Origin: Cenarchaeum sp.
GTDB taxonomy: Archaea; Thermoproteota; Nitrososphaeria; Nitrososphaerales; Nitrosopumilaceae
Reading direction: 5' to 3'
DNA: 64,000 nucleotides
NCBI GenBank assembly: GCA_965242695.1
Contig: CBDESU010000002.1
Span: 704,001 to 768,000 of the forward strand
Shown one piece after another: positions 28,174-37,262 of this stretch. Position numbers and translations under genes: made by a program. How positions within the stretch are numbered: the first letter of the stretch is position 1; every line of letters begins with the position of its first letter. The notes beneath the pieces were generated by a model. It was not told the DNA's origin, searched no databases, and worked only from the letters and a program-made list of their open reading frames with translations.

Positions 28174-28254
28174 CCGCCGGGCGCCCTCCAACCTAGCCGA
28201 TGTCGGCTAGCCTGCGCGCCGCCGGGCGCCCTCCAACCTAGCCGATGTCGGCTA
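28174..28254 (+). repeat. 36-bp direct repeat (2 copies, 9-bp gap) ending in a palindrome
   Basis: CCGCCGGGCGCCCTCCAACCTAGCCGATGTCGGCTA at 28174 and 28219; TAGCCGA-TG-TCGGCTA inverted repeat. Confidence 0.85.
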
Positions 28255-28346
28255 ATTGGCCCCCTCGCACCCACGCCTGCCGGCCCCGCTATTAAGGCGC
28301 CTTGCGGCATTAACCGACTAGTACGGGCCGCCCCCCGCCTGTTCGC

Positions 28347-30395
28347 ATGCTGGCTGGCACGAGGCCCCTCTGGGCCGGCAGGCGGTCCACGGCGACCATA
28401 GCGGCGGCGATCGCCGTCTCCTCGGCGCTTGCGATTGCGGCGCAGGCGCAGCCCGCATACGCGGCAGGCGTCATCGGCGAGGGCTTTACGATCGGCGAGG
28501 TCCTCGACGAGAGCTGGGGCTGGTTCATCGTTGTCGGGCTCGGCGCCGTGTTCGCAATCGTAATCACCGCCGAGACCAAGATAGAGGAGCGGTACCTGGG
28601 CGTCTCGCAGACGTCAGAATGGTTCAACACGGCCGGCAGGGTCATCAAGACGGGCCTGACGGCGGCGGCGATCGTCTCGGCCTGGACGTGGGCGGCGACG
28701 CTCCTACAGTCCTCGACGGTGGCGTACCAGTACGGGATAAGCGGCCCGTTCTGGTACGCGGCAGGCGCGTCCATACAGGTGCTGCTGTTCGGCATACTGG
28801 CCATCGAGCTAAAGCGCAAGGCGCCCAACGCCCACACCTTCTTGGAGATCATCCGCGCCAGGTACGGCGACGGGGCCCACCGCGTGTTCCTCGTGTTCGC
28901 CCTCATGACGAACATGATCGTCACTGCCATGCTGCTGCTCGGCGGCGCGGCCGTAGTCAACGGCCTTACCGGCATGGACATCTCGCTGGCCGCATTCCTC
29001 ATACCCATCGGGGTCATGATCTACACGCTGGTGGGGGGGCTAAAGGCCACGTTCGTCGCCGACTACATGCACACGATCATCATATTCATCGTCATACTCA
29101 CGTTCGTGGCCACCGTCTACTTTGTCAGCCCGCTCACCGGCGGCATAGAGGGCATGTACGACAAGCTCACCGAGGCCGCCGCGCTGCGCCCCGTAGAGGG
29201 CAACGCCGCCGGCATGTACCTGACGATGGCCTCGCTCGGCGGCCTCATATTCGGCATCATCAACATCGTGGGCAACTTTGGGACCGTGTTCGTCGACCAG
29301 GCGTACTGGCAGAGGGCCATCGCCGCGCAGCCGACGTCCACGGTAAAGGGGTTCCTGCTCGGCGGCGCGTGCTGGTTTGCGATCCCCTTTACGCTGGCCA
29401 CTACAATGGGGCTGACGGCCGTCGCGCTCGGCGTCGACCTCACGCCCGAGCAGGTGCAGCTCGGCCTGACCGTGCCCGCCGCCGCGTCCGTGCTCATGGG
29501 CGAGGTAGGCGCCGTCCTGGTCCTGACGATGCTGTTCATGGCCGTCACGTCGGCAGGCTCTGCCGAGCTGATCGCCGTCTCGTCGCTGATCACGTACGAC
29601 GTGTACCGCACGTACAAGAACCCGAACGCGTCGGGCAAGAAGCTGCTAAAGGTCTCGCGCGCGACAATCGTCGGGTTCGGGATCGGTATGGGCGGACTCG
29701 CCGTCATACTGCTCAGCATGGGGCTGAGCCTGGGGTTCGTGTACCTGGCCATGGGCGTGCTCATCGGCTCGGCCGTCATACCCATCGCCCTGACCATAAC
29801 GTGGAAGCGCACCGACAAGGTCGCAGCCACCGCGGGCGCGATCATCGGCCTGTTCGTGGCGCTCGGCACGTGGATCGGCGTGGCCGCCTCGCTGCCGGCG
29901 TACGGCGGCACGGTCTCGCTTGCGAGCCTCGGCGACAACTATTCGATGCTGTTTGGCAACATCGCCGGCATACTGACGGGCGGCGCGATCGCCGGCCTCG
30001 GGAGCCTGGCTCGGCGGACGACGTTTGACTGGAGCCTCATGCGCGAGCGCATAAAGCTCGTCGACATCTCGCAGGCCGAGGTGCGCCAGCTAGAGGAGGA
30101 CGAGGAGACGCTGGCCAAGGCGTTCAAGTTCAGCCTCCGCGGCGGCGGCATCATGACGCTCGTGCTGATCATCGCGTGGCCCATGCCGCTGTTCTTTGCG
30201 GGGTACGTGTTCGACATCGCGTTCTACTCGTTCTGGGTCGGCATCTCGATCGTGTGGGTGAGCGCCGCGACGTTCTTCATCGTCGGGCTCCCGATCATCG
30301 AGGCGCGGCACGGCATCGCAAAGGTGGCGCGCAGGCAGCGCGCGCCGCCGGCCTCGGAGGGCAACGGCGGAAGCGGAGGCGAGGACGGCAGGTGA
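28347..30395 (+). CDS. dur3: DUR3-type urea active transporter (SSS family), second paralogue
   Basis: SAWTWAATLLQSS, KRKAPNAHT, GNFGTVFVDQAYWQRAIA, AVTSAGSAELIAVSS. Confidence 0.92.
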   Translation: MLAGTRPLWAGRRSTATIAAAIAVSSALAIAAQAQPAYAAGVIGEGFTIGEVLDESWGWFIVVGLGAVFAIVITAETKIEERYLGVSQTSEWFNTAGRVIKTGLTAAAIVSAWTWAATLLQSSTVAYQYGISGPFWYAAGASIQVLLFGILAIELKRKAPNAHTFLEIIRARYGDGAHRVFLVFALMTNMIVTAMLLLGGAAVVNGLTGMDISLAAFLIPIGVMIYTLVGGLKATFVADYMHTIIIFIVILTFVATVYFVSPLTGGIEGMYDKLTEAAALRPVEGNAAGMYLTMASLGGLIFGIINIVGNFGTVFVDQAYWQRAIAAQPTSTVKGFLLGGACWFAIPFTLATTMGLTAVALGVDLTPEQVQLGLTVPAAASVLMGEVGAVLVLTMLFMAVTSAGSAELIAVSSLITYDVYRTYKNPNASGKKLLKVSRATIVGFGIGMGGLAVILLSMGLSLGFVYLAMGVLIGSAVIPIALTITWKRTDKVAATAGAIIGLFVALGTWIGVAASLPAYGGTVSLASLGDNYSMLFGNIAGILTGGAIAGLGSLARRTTFDWSLMRERIKLVDISQAEVRQLEEDEETLAKAFKFSLRGGGIMTLVLIIAWPMPLFFAGYVFDIAFYSFWVGISIVWVSAATFFIVGLPIIEARHGIAKVARRQRAPPASEGNGGSGGEDGR

Positions 30396-30997
30396 CCCAC
30401 TGCAGCGGCTGCGGCGTGGTCCTCGGCTGGAAAAAGTACAAGTTCCAGCGCATGTGGCGCATACCCGGATACTACTGCCGAAAGTGCATGATCGACCTCG
30501 GTCGGGACTTTGACAAGAACGCCAGGCTTACGCTGCCGACCCACCCGTGCGCGCTGTGCGGCGTCGAGTACTACTTTCTGAAGGGGTGCACCAAGGGCGG
30601 GGGCAAGCGGCACATGTACTGCAAGGTGTGCCACGAGGCCGTCTCGAACGGCGTCGTCCCCGCTACGCAGCAGGATGCGAAGGCGGGCGGGCAGAAGCAG
30701 CTGAAGACGCCCCCGCGGAACCTGCCGCTAGTCATGATGATCTTTGCCGGCCTCGGCGCGCTAATGATGGTGATGGGCTTGGTATTCACGATGATGTCGA
30801 CGGGCGACGATGCCAACGTGGCCAACATACTGTTCGGGTCGGTGACGACGGCGCTCGGGTTTGTCCTGCTGCGCAAGACGCTCCGGTCGCGCAGCCTGCT
30901 GCTCGGCCGGGCGGCCGCTGGCGGATCGGGCCCGCCGCAGTCCGCCTCGCCTCCTGCCGCGGCCGCGACTGCCGCCGTTGCCGATGGCCGAGCGTAG
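30392..30997 (+). CDS. Zinc-finger membrane protein (4 CxxC, 2 TM)
   Basis: CSGC, CRKC, CALC, CKVC then two TM helices; GTG overlaps the dur3 TGA. Confidence 0.7.
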   Translation: MTHCSGCGVVLGWKKYKFQRMWRIPGYYCRKCMIDLGRDFDKNARLTLPTHPCALCGVEYYFLKGCTKGGGKRHMYCKVCHEAVSNGVVPATQQDAKAGGQKQLKTPPRNLPLVMMIFAGLGALMMVMGLVFTMMSTGDDANVANILFGSVTTALGFVLLRKTLRSRSLLLGRAAAGGSGPPQSASPPAAAATAAVADGRA

Positions 30998-31222
30998 CTC
31001 CCTTTTCTCCAACGGCACCCCTCACAGGCCTCAATGCGATGTCGCTAGGTGGGTTGCATGTGTAGACTTTCAAGCCTCTCGTTACGGCACAAGATCGTAA
31101 GCGCCCTGTGAACCCCCTGCACCGACAGCCACTGCCTAGCACCACTCACATTATTATACACTAGGGAAAGCCGCCGCTGTACGATCACAAAAAAATCAGC
31201 GATCATCATTGTTATATTAGCA

Positions 31223-32329
31223 ATGACAGGCGGAGCAGCCGGATATGCAGCTTATCCCTTCATGACCGAGGAAGACACAGAATGGACCACTAGCGCTGAG
31301 GGCACCGTCAACCAAGTTCAACGAAGTGTGCCTGAGCTGCATGCCGTACCCAAGCCAGCGCCCACCGCAGAGCCGTCCGCCGACAGCCCGATCGAATTAA
31401 TCACCTCTGCAGTGACAAAACAGATGGCAAGGCACAAGATAGATATGGCGACTGAACGCATCAATGATGCCCAGCGACAAGCGCAGCATGCCGAATTATC
31501 CACGGGCATGTTTGTGGTATCCGGCACACGATCTTTGACAACCCTGACATGGGCCGCCGACATAATCCACTTACCCGTCACAGATGACACCGCCGATGCT
31601 GTTGAGCTAATGGCAAACACGTTTGAGCGAACGGCAAACGATGCTGAGCGAATAGCAAGAGCGGAGCAACACATTCTAGACATGAAGGACACCCTCAGAA
31701 GTGACCCTGAAATCAGGGCTAAACTCGCTGGGAAATACATCATGGGATATAGCATGATGGAGGAGGTGGAAGCAACAATGAACCTGCGCATGAAGCCAAC
31801 CATAGAGGAATATGATGCGTTGTTAGCTAGTGGAGCCGAAATCGACAAGACCAGAGATGCAGTAAACGCTGAGATAACAGCAATGACATTGGTACGGCAA
31901 AGTGAGGCAATAGCAAATACCATGTCGACACTCGCCGATTTTTCAGAGCGTAAAGCAAACACTGCAACAGAATTTATCAACTACCTGAGAACTCAACTCG
32001 CCGACGACGACGGCAACGACACAGTACAGGCCATCACCGACACTGTCGGAGTGTCCGATAAGCTCGGTGCGTATCCAGAGTCCGTCGAGTTCAAGCGCCT
32101 GTATCCAGAGCACATGGAGGATACCCTCATCACTTTGCCTTCGCACTACCTGTACGAGTTACGCGCATTAGACAAGGACGGCGGTGTTTTTGAAACCGAC
32201 AGCCTCATTATCGATTACAATGCAGACACGGGCGAATCCACAATTACATACGTGTGCACCGAGCAAGATGGCGACCGCGTCAGCTACACACGTGACGACC
32301 TGATAGAGGTTATGGCCGGCATGTGCTGA
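31223..32329 (+). CDS. Hypothetical exported helical/coiled-coil protein in a lower-GC insert
   Basis: 368-aa ORF with atypical codon use; in-frame upstream ITKKSAIIIVILA completes a signal peptide. Confidence 0.7.
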   Translation: MTGGAAGYAAYPFMTEEDTEWTTSAEGTVNQVQRSVPELHAVPKPAPTAEPSADSPIELITSAVTKQMARHKIDMATERINDAQRQAQHAELSTGMFVVSGTRSLTTLTWAADIIHLPVTDDTADAVELMANTFERTANDAERIARAEQHILDMKDTLRSDPEIRAKLAGKYIMGYSMMEEVEATMNLRMKPTIEEYDALLASGAEIDKTRDAVNAEITAMTLVRQSEAIANTMSTLADFSERKANTATEFINYLRTQLADDDGNDTVQAITDTVGVSDKLGAYPESVEFKRLYPEHMEDTLITLPSHYLYELRALDKDGGVFETDSLIIDYNADTGESTITYVCTEQDGDRVSYTRDDLIEVMAGMC

Positions 32330-32586
32330 CAATCCTTGCGGTGCACGGTAGCGGTAACGCCTAATCGGGCGGTAACGCCTGCGGGCGCACTCGGTGAAAG
32401 GATACGGAGAGTGTTATCTGTATGAGGCACTGTCACCAGATCTTAAGGTAGCGCGAGCCTATGCAACCGGCGTCCACACGTGCGACTGCCACACACACTT
32501 CATCATTATGAAATGTGCAAGACATCCACATGTAGCATAAACACCACGATTTTGTGTTGCGCAAGTGGATATGTTGCCATTGAAGC

Positions 32587-34041
32587 CTAGCCGCCCTTGG
32601 CATCGCCGTCCCGCACGAACCCGCCGTTGGGGGCCGCAGGAGCGGCCTGCTCCCCGCCCTCCGGTTTTTTGCCCCCCTTGCCGTCGTCCCGCACAAACCC
32701 TCCCTCGGCCGCCTCGGGCGGCGGTATCCTCTTGGCCGAGCCTAGTCCCGCCGTCGTGATCACGACCGATGCGAGTATGATGAAGAAGACGATCTGCGGA
32801 TACGCCTCGCCGTTGGGCAGGCCGAGCGTGAGGGGCATCGTGGCCAGCACGGCGGCGGCCAGGCCGCGCGGGATCATCACCTGCGTGACCTTCTTGTCTA
32901 GCCTCGAGAACCTTGCGGTAAGGACGGCCCTTGCCACGGCCGTCCTGAGGATGAATATCGCGACGGTCGCGACGATGCCGAGCAGGATGTACTCGATCTG
33001 CCCAAAGCTTGCAAGCAGCCCGACGAAGACGAAGAAGAACGCCCTGACCAGGAACGCGAGCTGGTTGTGCGTCGGGTCGTCGCGCTCGATCATGCGCACC
33101 TTGAACCGGAACACGCGCGACAGGCTCGCCTTGTTGCCGAGCATGAGCCCAAAGACGAGCGCGGTGAGTGCGCCGGACTCGCCGAACGTGTTGGCCATGA
33201 AGAACAGGACGAACAGCATGCCGAGGGTGAGCATGTACGCGTGCTGCGCGTTGCCGAGCTTTGTCGTCACGTACATCCACGGTATGCCGACGCCGAGGCC
33301 GAGGACGAGCCCGACGACAACGGCCGTGCCGATCGTCTCGCTCAGCACGGCCAGGCTCAGCCCGCCGGCCAGCACGGCCTGGAACATGATGAACGCGATT
33401 ATCGTAGAGAGGATGTCCGTGAGGGCCGACTCGAAGCTGAGCATCGACTTTGCCGACTCGGACAGCCTGATGTTCCGCACCAGGCCGAACACGATGGCCG
33501 AGCTGCTGCCGCCGACTATCGAGCCGAGCAGTATGCTGTCGAGCAGGGGCCAGCCGATCCAGAGGTGGGCAAGCGCGGCGACCGCCGAGATGCTGGTCAC
33601 GAACCCGACGAGCGCCAGTCCGAAGGCAAAGTGGACCGTCCTGGCCATGGACCGCAGGTCCAGGCTCCTCCCGCCGTCGAACATGATTATGATCAGGGCC
33701 ACGGCCGCAAAGTACGGGACTACCGCAATGACGACGTCGTGCGAGATGATGCCGAGGACGGGCCCGATCACCACGCCGAGGATCATCAGGAACGCGACGT
33801 CGGGTATGCCCGTCCGCTTGAAGAACGCCTCGCCGGCCACGCCGAGGAAGACTACCGTGCCGGCGGCGAGCAGCACCACGGGGGCCGAAGCTATGCCCCC
33901 GTCTGCCGACAGCGACGAGACGGCGGCGATCATCTCGCGGAGCGGGCCGAGAACGGCGTCGGCCGCGCCGGGGCCGCCCGACGCCGCGCCGGCCAGCAGC
34001 TCGTCAAGTGACCCTAGGATGCTCAGCTGGACGGGTAGCAC
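32587..34041 (-). CDS. Cation:proton antiporter (NhaP/CPA1)
   Basis: IPDVAFLMILGVVIGP, GGSSSAIV, LSFESALTD, PRGLAAAVLA. Confidence 0.88.
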   Translation of the reverse strand: MLPVQLSILGSLDELLAGAASGGPGAADAVLGPLREMIAAVSSLSADGGIASAPVVLLAAGTVVFLGVAGEAFFKRTGIPDVAFLMILGVVIGPVLGIISHDVVIAVVPYFAAVALIIIMFDGGRSLDLRSMARTVHFAFGLALVGFVTSISAVAALAHLWIGWPLLDSILLGSIVGGSSSAIVFGLVRNIRLSESAKSMLSFESALTDILSTIIAFIMFQAVLAGGLSLAVLSETIGTAVVVGLVLGLGVGIPWMYVTTKLGNAQHAYMLTLGMLFVLFFMANTFGESGALTALVFGLMLGNKASLSRVFRFKVRMIERDDPTHNQLAFLVRAFFFVFVGLLASFGQIEYILLGIVATVAIFILRTAVARAVLTARFSRLDKKVTQVMIPRGLAAAVLATMPLTLGLPNGEAYPQIVFFIILASVVITTAGLGSAKRIPPPEAAEGGFVRDDGKGGKKPEGGEQAAPAAPNGGFVRDGDAKGG

Positions 34042-34130
34042 GCGCCCGTCCCCTGCCCGCTCCCGCTAATTAACCTGCGCCGCGCCACGCCGCCCGCACG
34101 TTTAAACGCCGACCCCCAGTGCCGCCCCGC

Positions 34131-34679
34131 GTGGGAACGGCCACCGACATGCTCCGCGAGGACCACAGGCACGCGATGCGCCTAGAGCGGGTGGTCGCCT
34201 CGTGCGCCGATGCGATCGCCGGAGGCGAGGACGTGCCGCCGGACGACGTCGAGAGGATCGCGCGCGTCATATCCGAGTTCTTCGACTCCATACACTACTC
34301 GCGCGAGGAGGACTCGTACTTTCCGTGCGCCGGCGCATCGGGCCGGTTCGCCGACGAGGTGCGCAAGTTCCTCATCGAGCACGAGTTCGGGCGCAACGTG
34401 GCAGCCCAGGTCTCGAGGCACCTTGCCCGCTGGCGGGACGGGGGCGGCGAGCAGGCCCGCGAGGCCGTCGCCCGGTTCCTGCGCACGTACTCGGTGTACC
34501 TCCGCGACCACATTGCAAAGGAGGACAAGTTCTTCGACGAGGCCGAGGGGGCCCTTGACGGGGCCGAAGAGGCCGAGATGGCCGAGTACTTTAGGGCCGC
34601 CATGGCCACGGCGCCGAGCATCGACCGCATCCTCGCCGAGATCTCATCCCTCGAGCGGAGCGGCTGGATGCGCGCCTAG
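34131..34679 (+). CDS. Hemerythrin-domain protein
   Basis: LREDH, HYSREEDSYFP, IEHEFGR, DHIAKED; TTTAAA box at 34101. Confidence 0.85.
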   Translation: MGTATDMLREDHRHAMRLERVVASCADAIAGGEDVPPDDVERIARVISEFFDSIHYSREEDSYFPCAGASGRFADEVRKFLIEHEFGRNVAAQVSRHLARWRDGGGEQAREAVARFLRTYSVYLRDHIAKEDKFFDEAEGALDGAEEAEMAEYFRAAMATAPSIDRILAEISSLERSGWMRA

Positions 34680-34742
34680 CCGCCGCCGCGCGATCGCGCC
34701 GGCCCGCAAGGGCTTTTTAAGAGCCGCCCGGCCCGCCCCGCC

Positions 34743-35258
34743 GTGAAGCCGTTCGTGCTGTGGATGACGGGCCTGCCGTGCTCGGGCAAGACGACCATCG
34801 TGCGCGAGCTGCAAAAGCAGGTGCCGAACCTGGCCATACTCGACGGCGACGAGCTGCGCGAGTGGTTCTCACCAAAAGACTTTAGCAAGGCCGGCCGCGA
34901 CGAGCACAACCGACGCGTCGCGCACCTGGCCTCGCTGCTCCTCAAGCACGGCGTGCCGAGCTGCGTCTCGCTCGTCAGCCCGTACAGGGAGAACCGCTCG
35001 GCGGCGCGCCAGATACTCGACTGCGGCCCGGCGTTCGCCGAGTGCTACGTCAAGTGCTCGCTGGCCGAGTGCGAGCGGCGCGACGTAAAGGGCATGTACG
35101 CAAAGGCGCGCGCCGGCGAGATCAAGGGGTTTACGGGCATCGACGATCCGTACGAAGAGCCCGAGTCCCCCGACCTGCTGATCGACTCGGAGGGCGAGGA
35201 TGCCCCCGCATCGGCTGCGCGCGTCATGGACTTTCTGCGCTCGCGCGGCCTTGCCTGA
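34743..35258 (+). CDS. cysC: Adenylyl-sulfate kinase
   Basis: WMTGLPCSGKTT, LDGDELR, RDVKGMY, FTGIDDPYE. Confidence 0.95.
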   Translation: MKPFVLWMTGLPCSGKTTIVRELQKQVPNLAILDGDELREWFSPKDFSKAGRDEHNRRVAHLASLLLKHGVPSCVSLVSPYRENRSAARQILDCGPAFAECYVKCSLAECERRDVKGMYAKARAGEIKGFTGIDDPYEEPESPDLLIDSEGEDAPASAARVMDFLRSRGLA

Positions 35259-36093
35259 GCACCACATCGTGCAGCGGCCCGTTGGTGGCCAGCACCCCGT
35301 TCATGTGCCTTGTGCCGGGGCCCTCGTACCCTAGGGGTGCGCCCCCGACGTCCGTCATGATGCCGCCGGCCTCGGCCAGTATGCACTCAGAGGCGGCCGT
35401 GTCCCACACGTGCATCTTGTCCGTGTAGGTCAGGTAGACGTCGGCTGACCCCTCGGCTATCCGGCATGCCTTGAGCGAGCTGCCGACCCCCTCGCGCCCG
35501 GCGATGCCGAGCGAGTCGAGCATGCCCCGCTCGCGGTCGGTCAAATGGTTTCGGCTGACGACGGCCGTGGCGCCGCGCAGGTCGGCCGTCTTGCTCGCGG
35601 CAATCCTCTCCCATGCAGTCCCGCCTGCCGCCAGTCGGAACGCGCCCCTGCCGGACTCGGCAATGTACGCGGCGCCGCTCCCGGCGCCGGCCGCCGGGCA
35701 GTTGATCACACCGACGGCGGGCCGCCCGTCCCTGACCAGCGCGATCATGACGGTGAACTCGCCGGTGCGCCCGACAAAGTCGGCCGTCCCGTCCAGCGGG
35801 TCGACAATCCAAGTCTCTCCATGCCGGCCGCCTTCCTGCGCCTTGCCGTTCCCCTCTTCGGACAGCACAGGGATTCCCGTCCTGGCCAGCAGCCCCGATA
35901 TGATGCGGTGGCTCGCAAGGTCCGCCTCGGTCAGCGGCGAGCCGTCCTCCTTTGCCTGCGACTCAAAGTCCGTCCCGTACACTTCCATGACGGACCTGCC
36001 GGCCCGGAGGGCCGCCGACAGGGCGGCAGCCGCGTTGCCGGACATGCCGGCCGGGGGCTGCATGCGGACCGGCTCCGCCCCTTCGCCGGTCAT
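35224..36093 (-). CDS. cysQ: 3'(2'),5'-bisphosphate nucleotidase
   Basis: KEDGSPLTEAD, LSEE, WIVDPLDGT, GSSLK, WDTAA. Confidence 0.9.
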   Translation of the reverse strand: MTGEGAEPVRMQPPAGMSGNAAAALSAALRAGRSVMEVYGTDFESQAKEDGSPLTEADLASHRIISGLLARTGIPVLSEEGNGKAQEGGRHGETWIVDPLDGTADFVGRTGEFTVMIALVRDGRPAVGVINCPAAGAGSGAAYIAESGRGAFRLAAGGTAWERIAASKTADLRGATAVVSRNHLTDRERGMLDSLGIAGREGVGSSLKACRIAEGSADVYLTYTDKMHVWDTAASECILAEAGGIMTDVGGAPLGYEGPGTRHMNGVLATNGPLHDVVLRQGRASAESP

Positions 36094-36320
36094 GTCGTCA
36101 GCTCGGGCCTGAGGGACCAGACCACGCCGAGGACGACGAACGGGATCGACATTATGCCGACGATGCCGAGCACCGTGTACAGCGACGACTCGGAGACGTC
36201 GGGGTTGCCGACAAGCCACGGCAGGGGCAGCGTGACGACGAACCATATAACGGCAAGCAGTATGACGAGGCGGAGCTTGCTCCTCTTCCTCACAGGCCCC
36301 GCATCCTGCCGTCCCTCCAT
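36090..36320 (-). CDS. Small two-TM membrane protein
   Basis: Two hydrophobic helices; ATGA overlap with cysQ. Confidence 0.65.
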   Translation of the reverse strand: MEGRQDAGPVRKRSKLRLVILLAVIWFVVTLPLPWLVGNPDVSESSLYTVLGIVGIMSIPFVVLGVVWSLRPELTT

Positions 36321-37262
36321 GGGCGGCAACGCACGGGCGCGCTATTATTTGGTGCGGCGGCTCCGCCGCCCTCCTTCCCGTATTCGCCCCCCGCCGGCTG
36401 TGCTAGTGTGCCGACTCTGCGGCCTGCATGCGACCGTCCTGCTGTCTGGCGCGATCGGCGCGGCCTGCGCCTAGCGTCTGCCGTCCTTTCCTCCCGCTTG
36501 CGCCCGCGCGCGCCTGCCCTGCCAGGGGCAAAATTTCACATAAAAACTGCCAATTTCTTGTAAGATCTTTGGTGAAGGCTTAAGTACAAGCGAGATATAC
36601 ACGATTCATGCCGATGGAAGCAGTTTCTATCGACTAACCGTGCGTGATCCCGCAGGACAGAAAGCGTACAAGACGCCCAAGGGCGGCTTGTCAGGGAGGC
36701 AGTCTCCCAACGTCCTGCAACATAGGGATCACGCCGTTTCATTGCAAGAACGGTGGGCAGTGCCCTTCCCGCTTGGCGGATGCATGGCGCCTTTCCCTGC
36801 CGGCAGTAGCGCCGGGTGGCGTCGGCCAATCTGCGAGCGGCCGCCGTATAGGGGCGCATGACGACGGCCTGCGCGCCCGCATCATGGGACGGAATGGACC
36901 ACCACTCGTACACTGCTCAACGTCGCCGGGCCCTGCCGGTGTGGGGCTAAGGCCATGGCAGGATCAGCGCACCGGCCGCTCCGCTAGCCTGTCATACGCC
37001 GCATTGCACCCGTGATCCGTTCTGCGCTGGCGCGGGGGCCGAGCCTTGGCGGTGCACCGGCACCGGTCGCTTAGGATTGGGCTCCTAGAACCCGACACAT
37101 CCCGCTTGGCTGGGCTCTCGATGTTTCCGCCGCCGCCACTCGCTCGGCTACCGTGCAGGACGTCATACGCTGTTTACATAGACGGCGCCCACCCACTTGC
37201 TGTCTTGCGCCCGTTCACGCGGCGGTGATGTTATATCCGCGCGTTTGGCGCCGCCTCGTGTG

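Noticed and set aside
28174-28254. 36-bp palindromic repeats as a mini CRISPR array
   Set aside because: Only two copies with a 9-bp gap, far too short for a spacer, and no cas genes in the window
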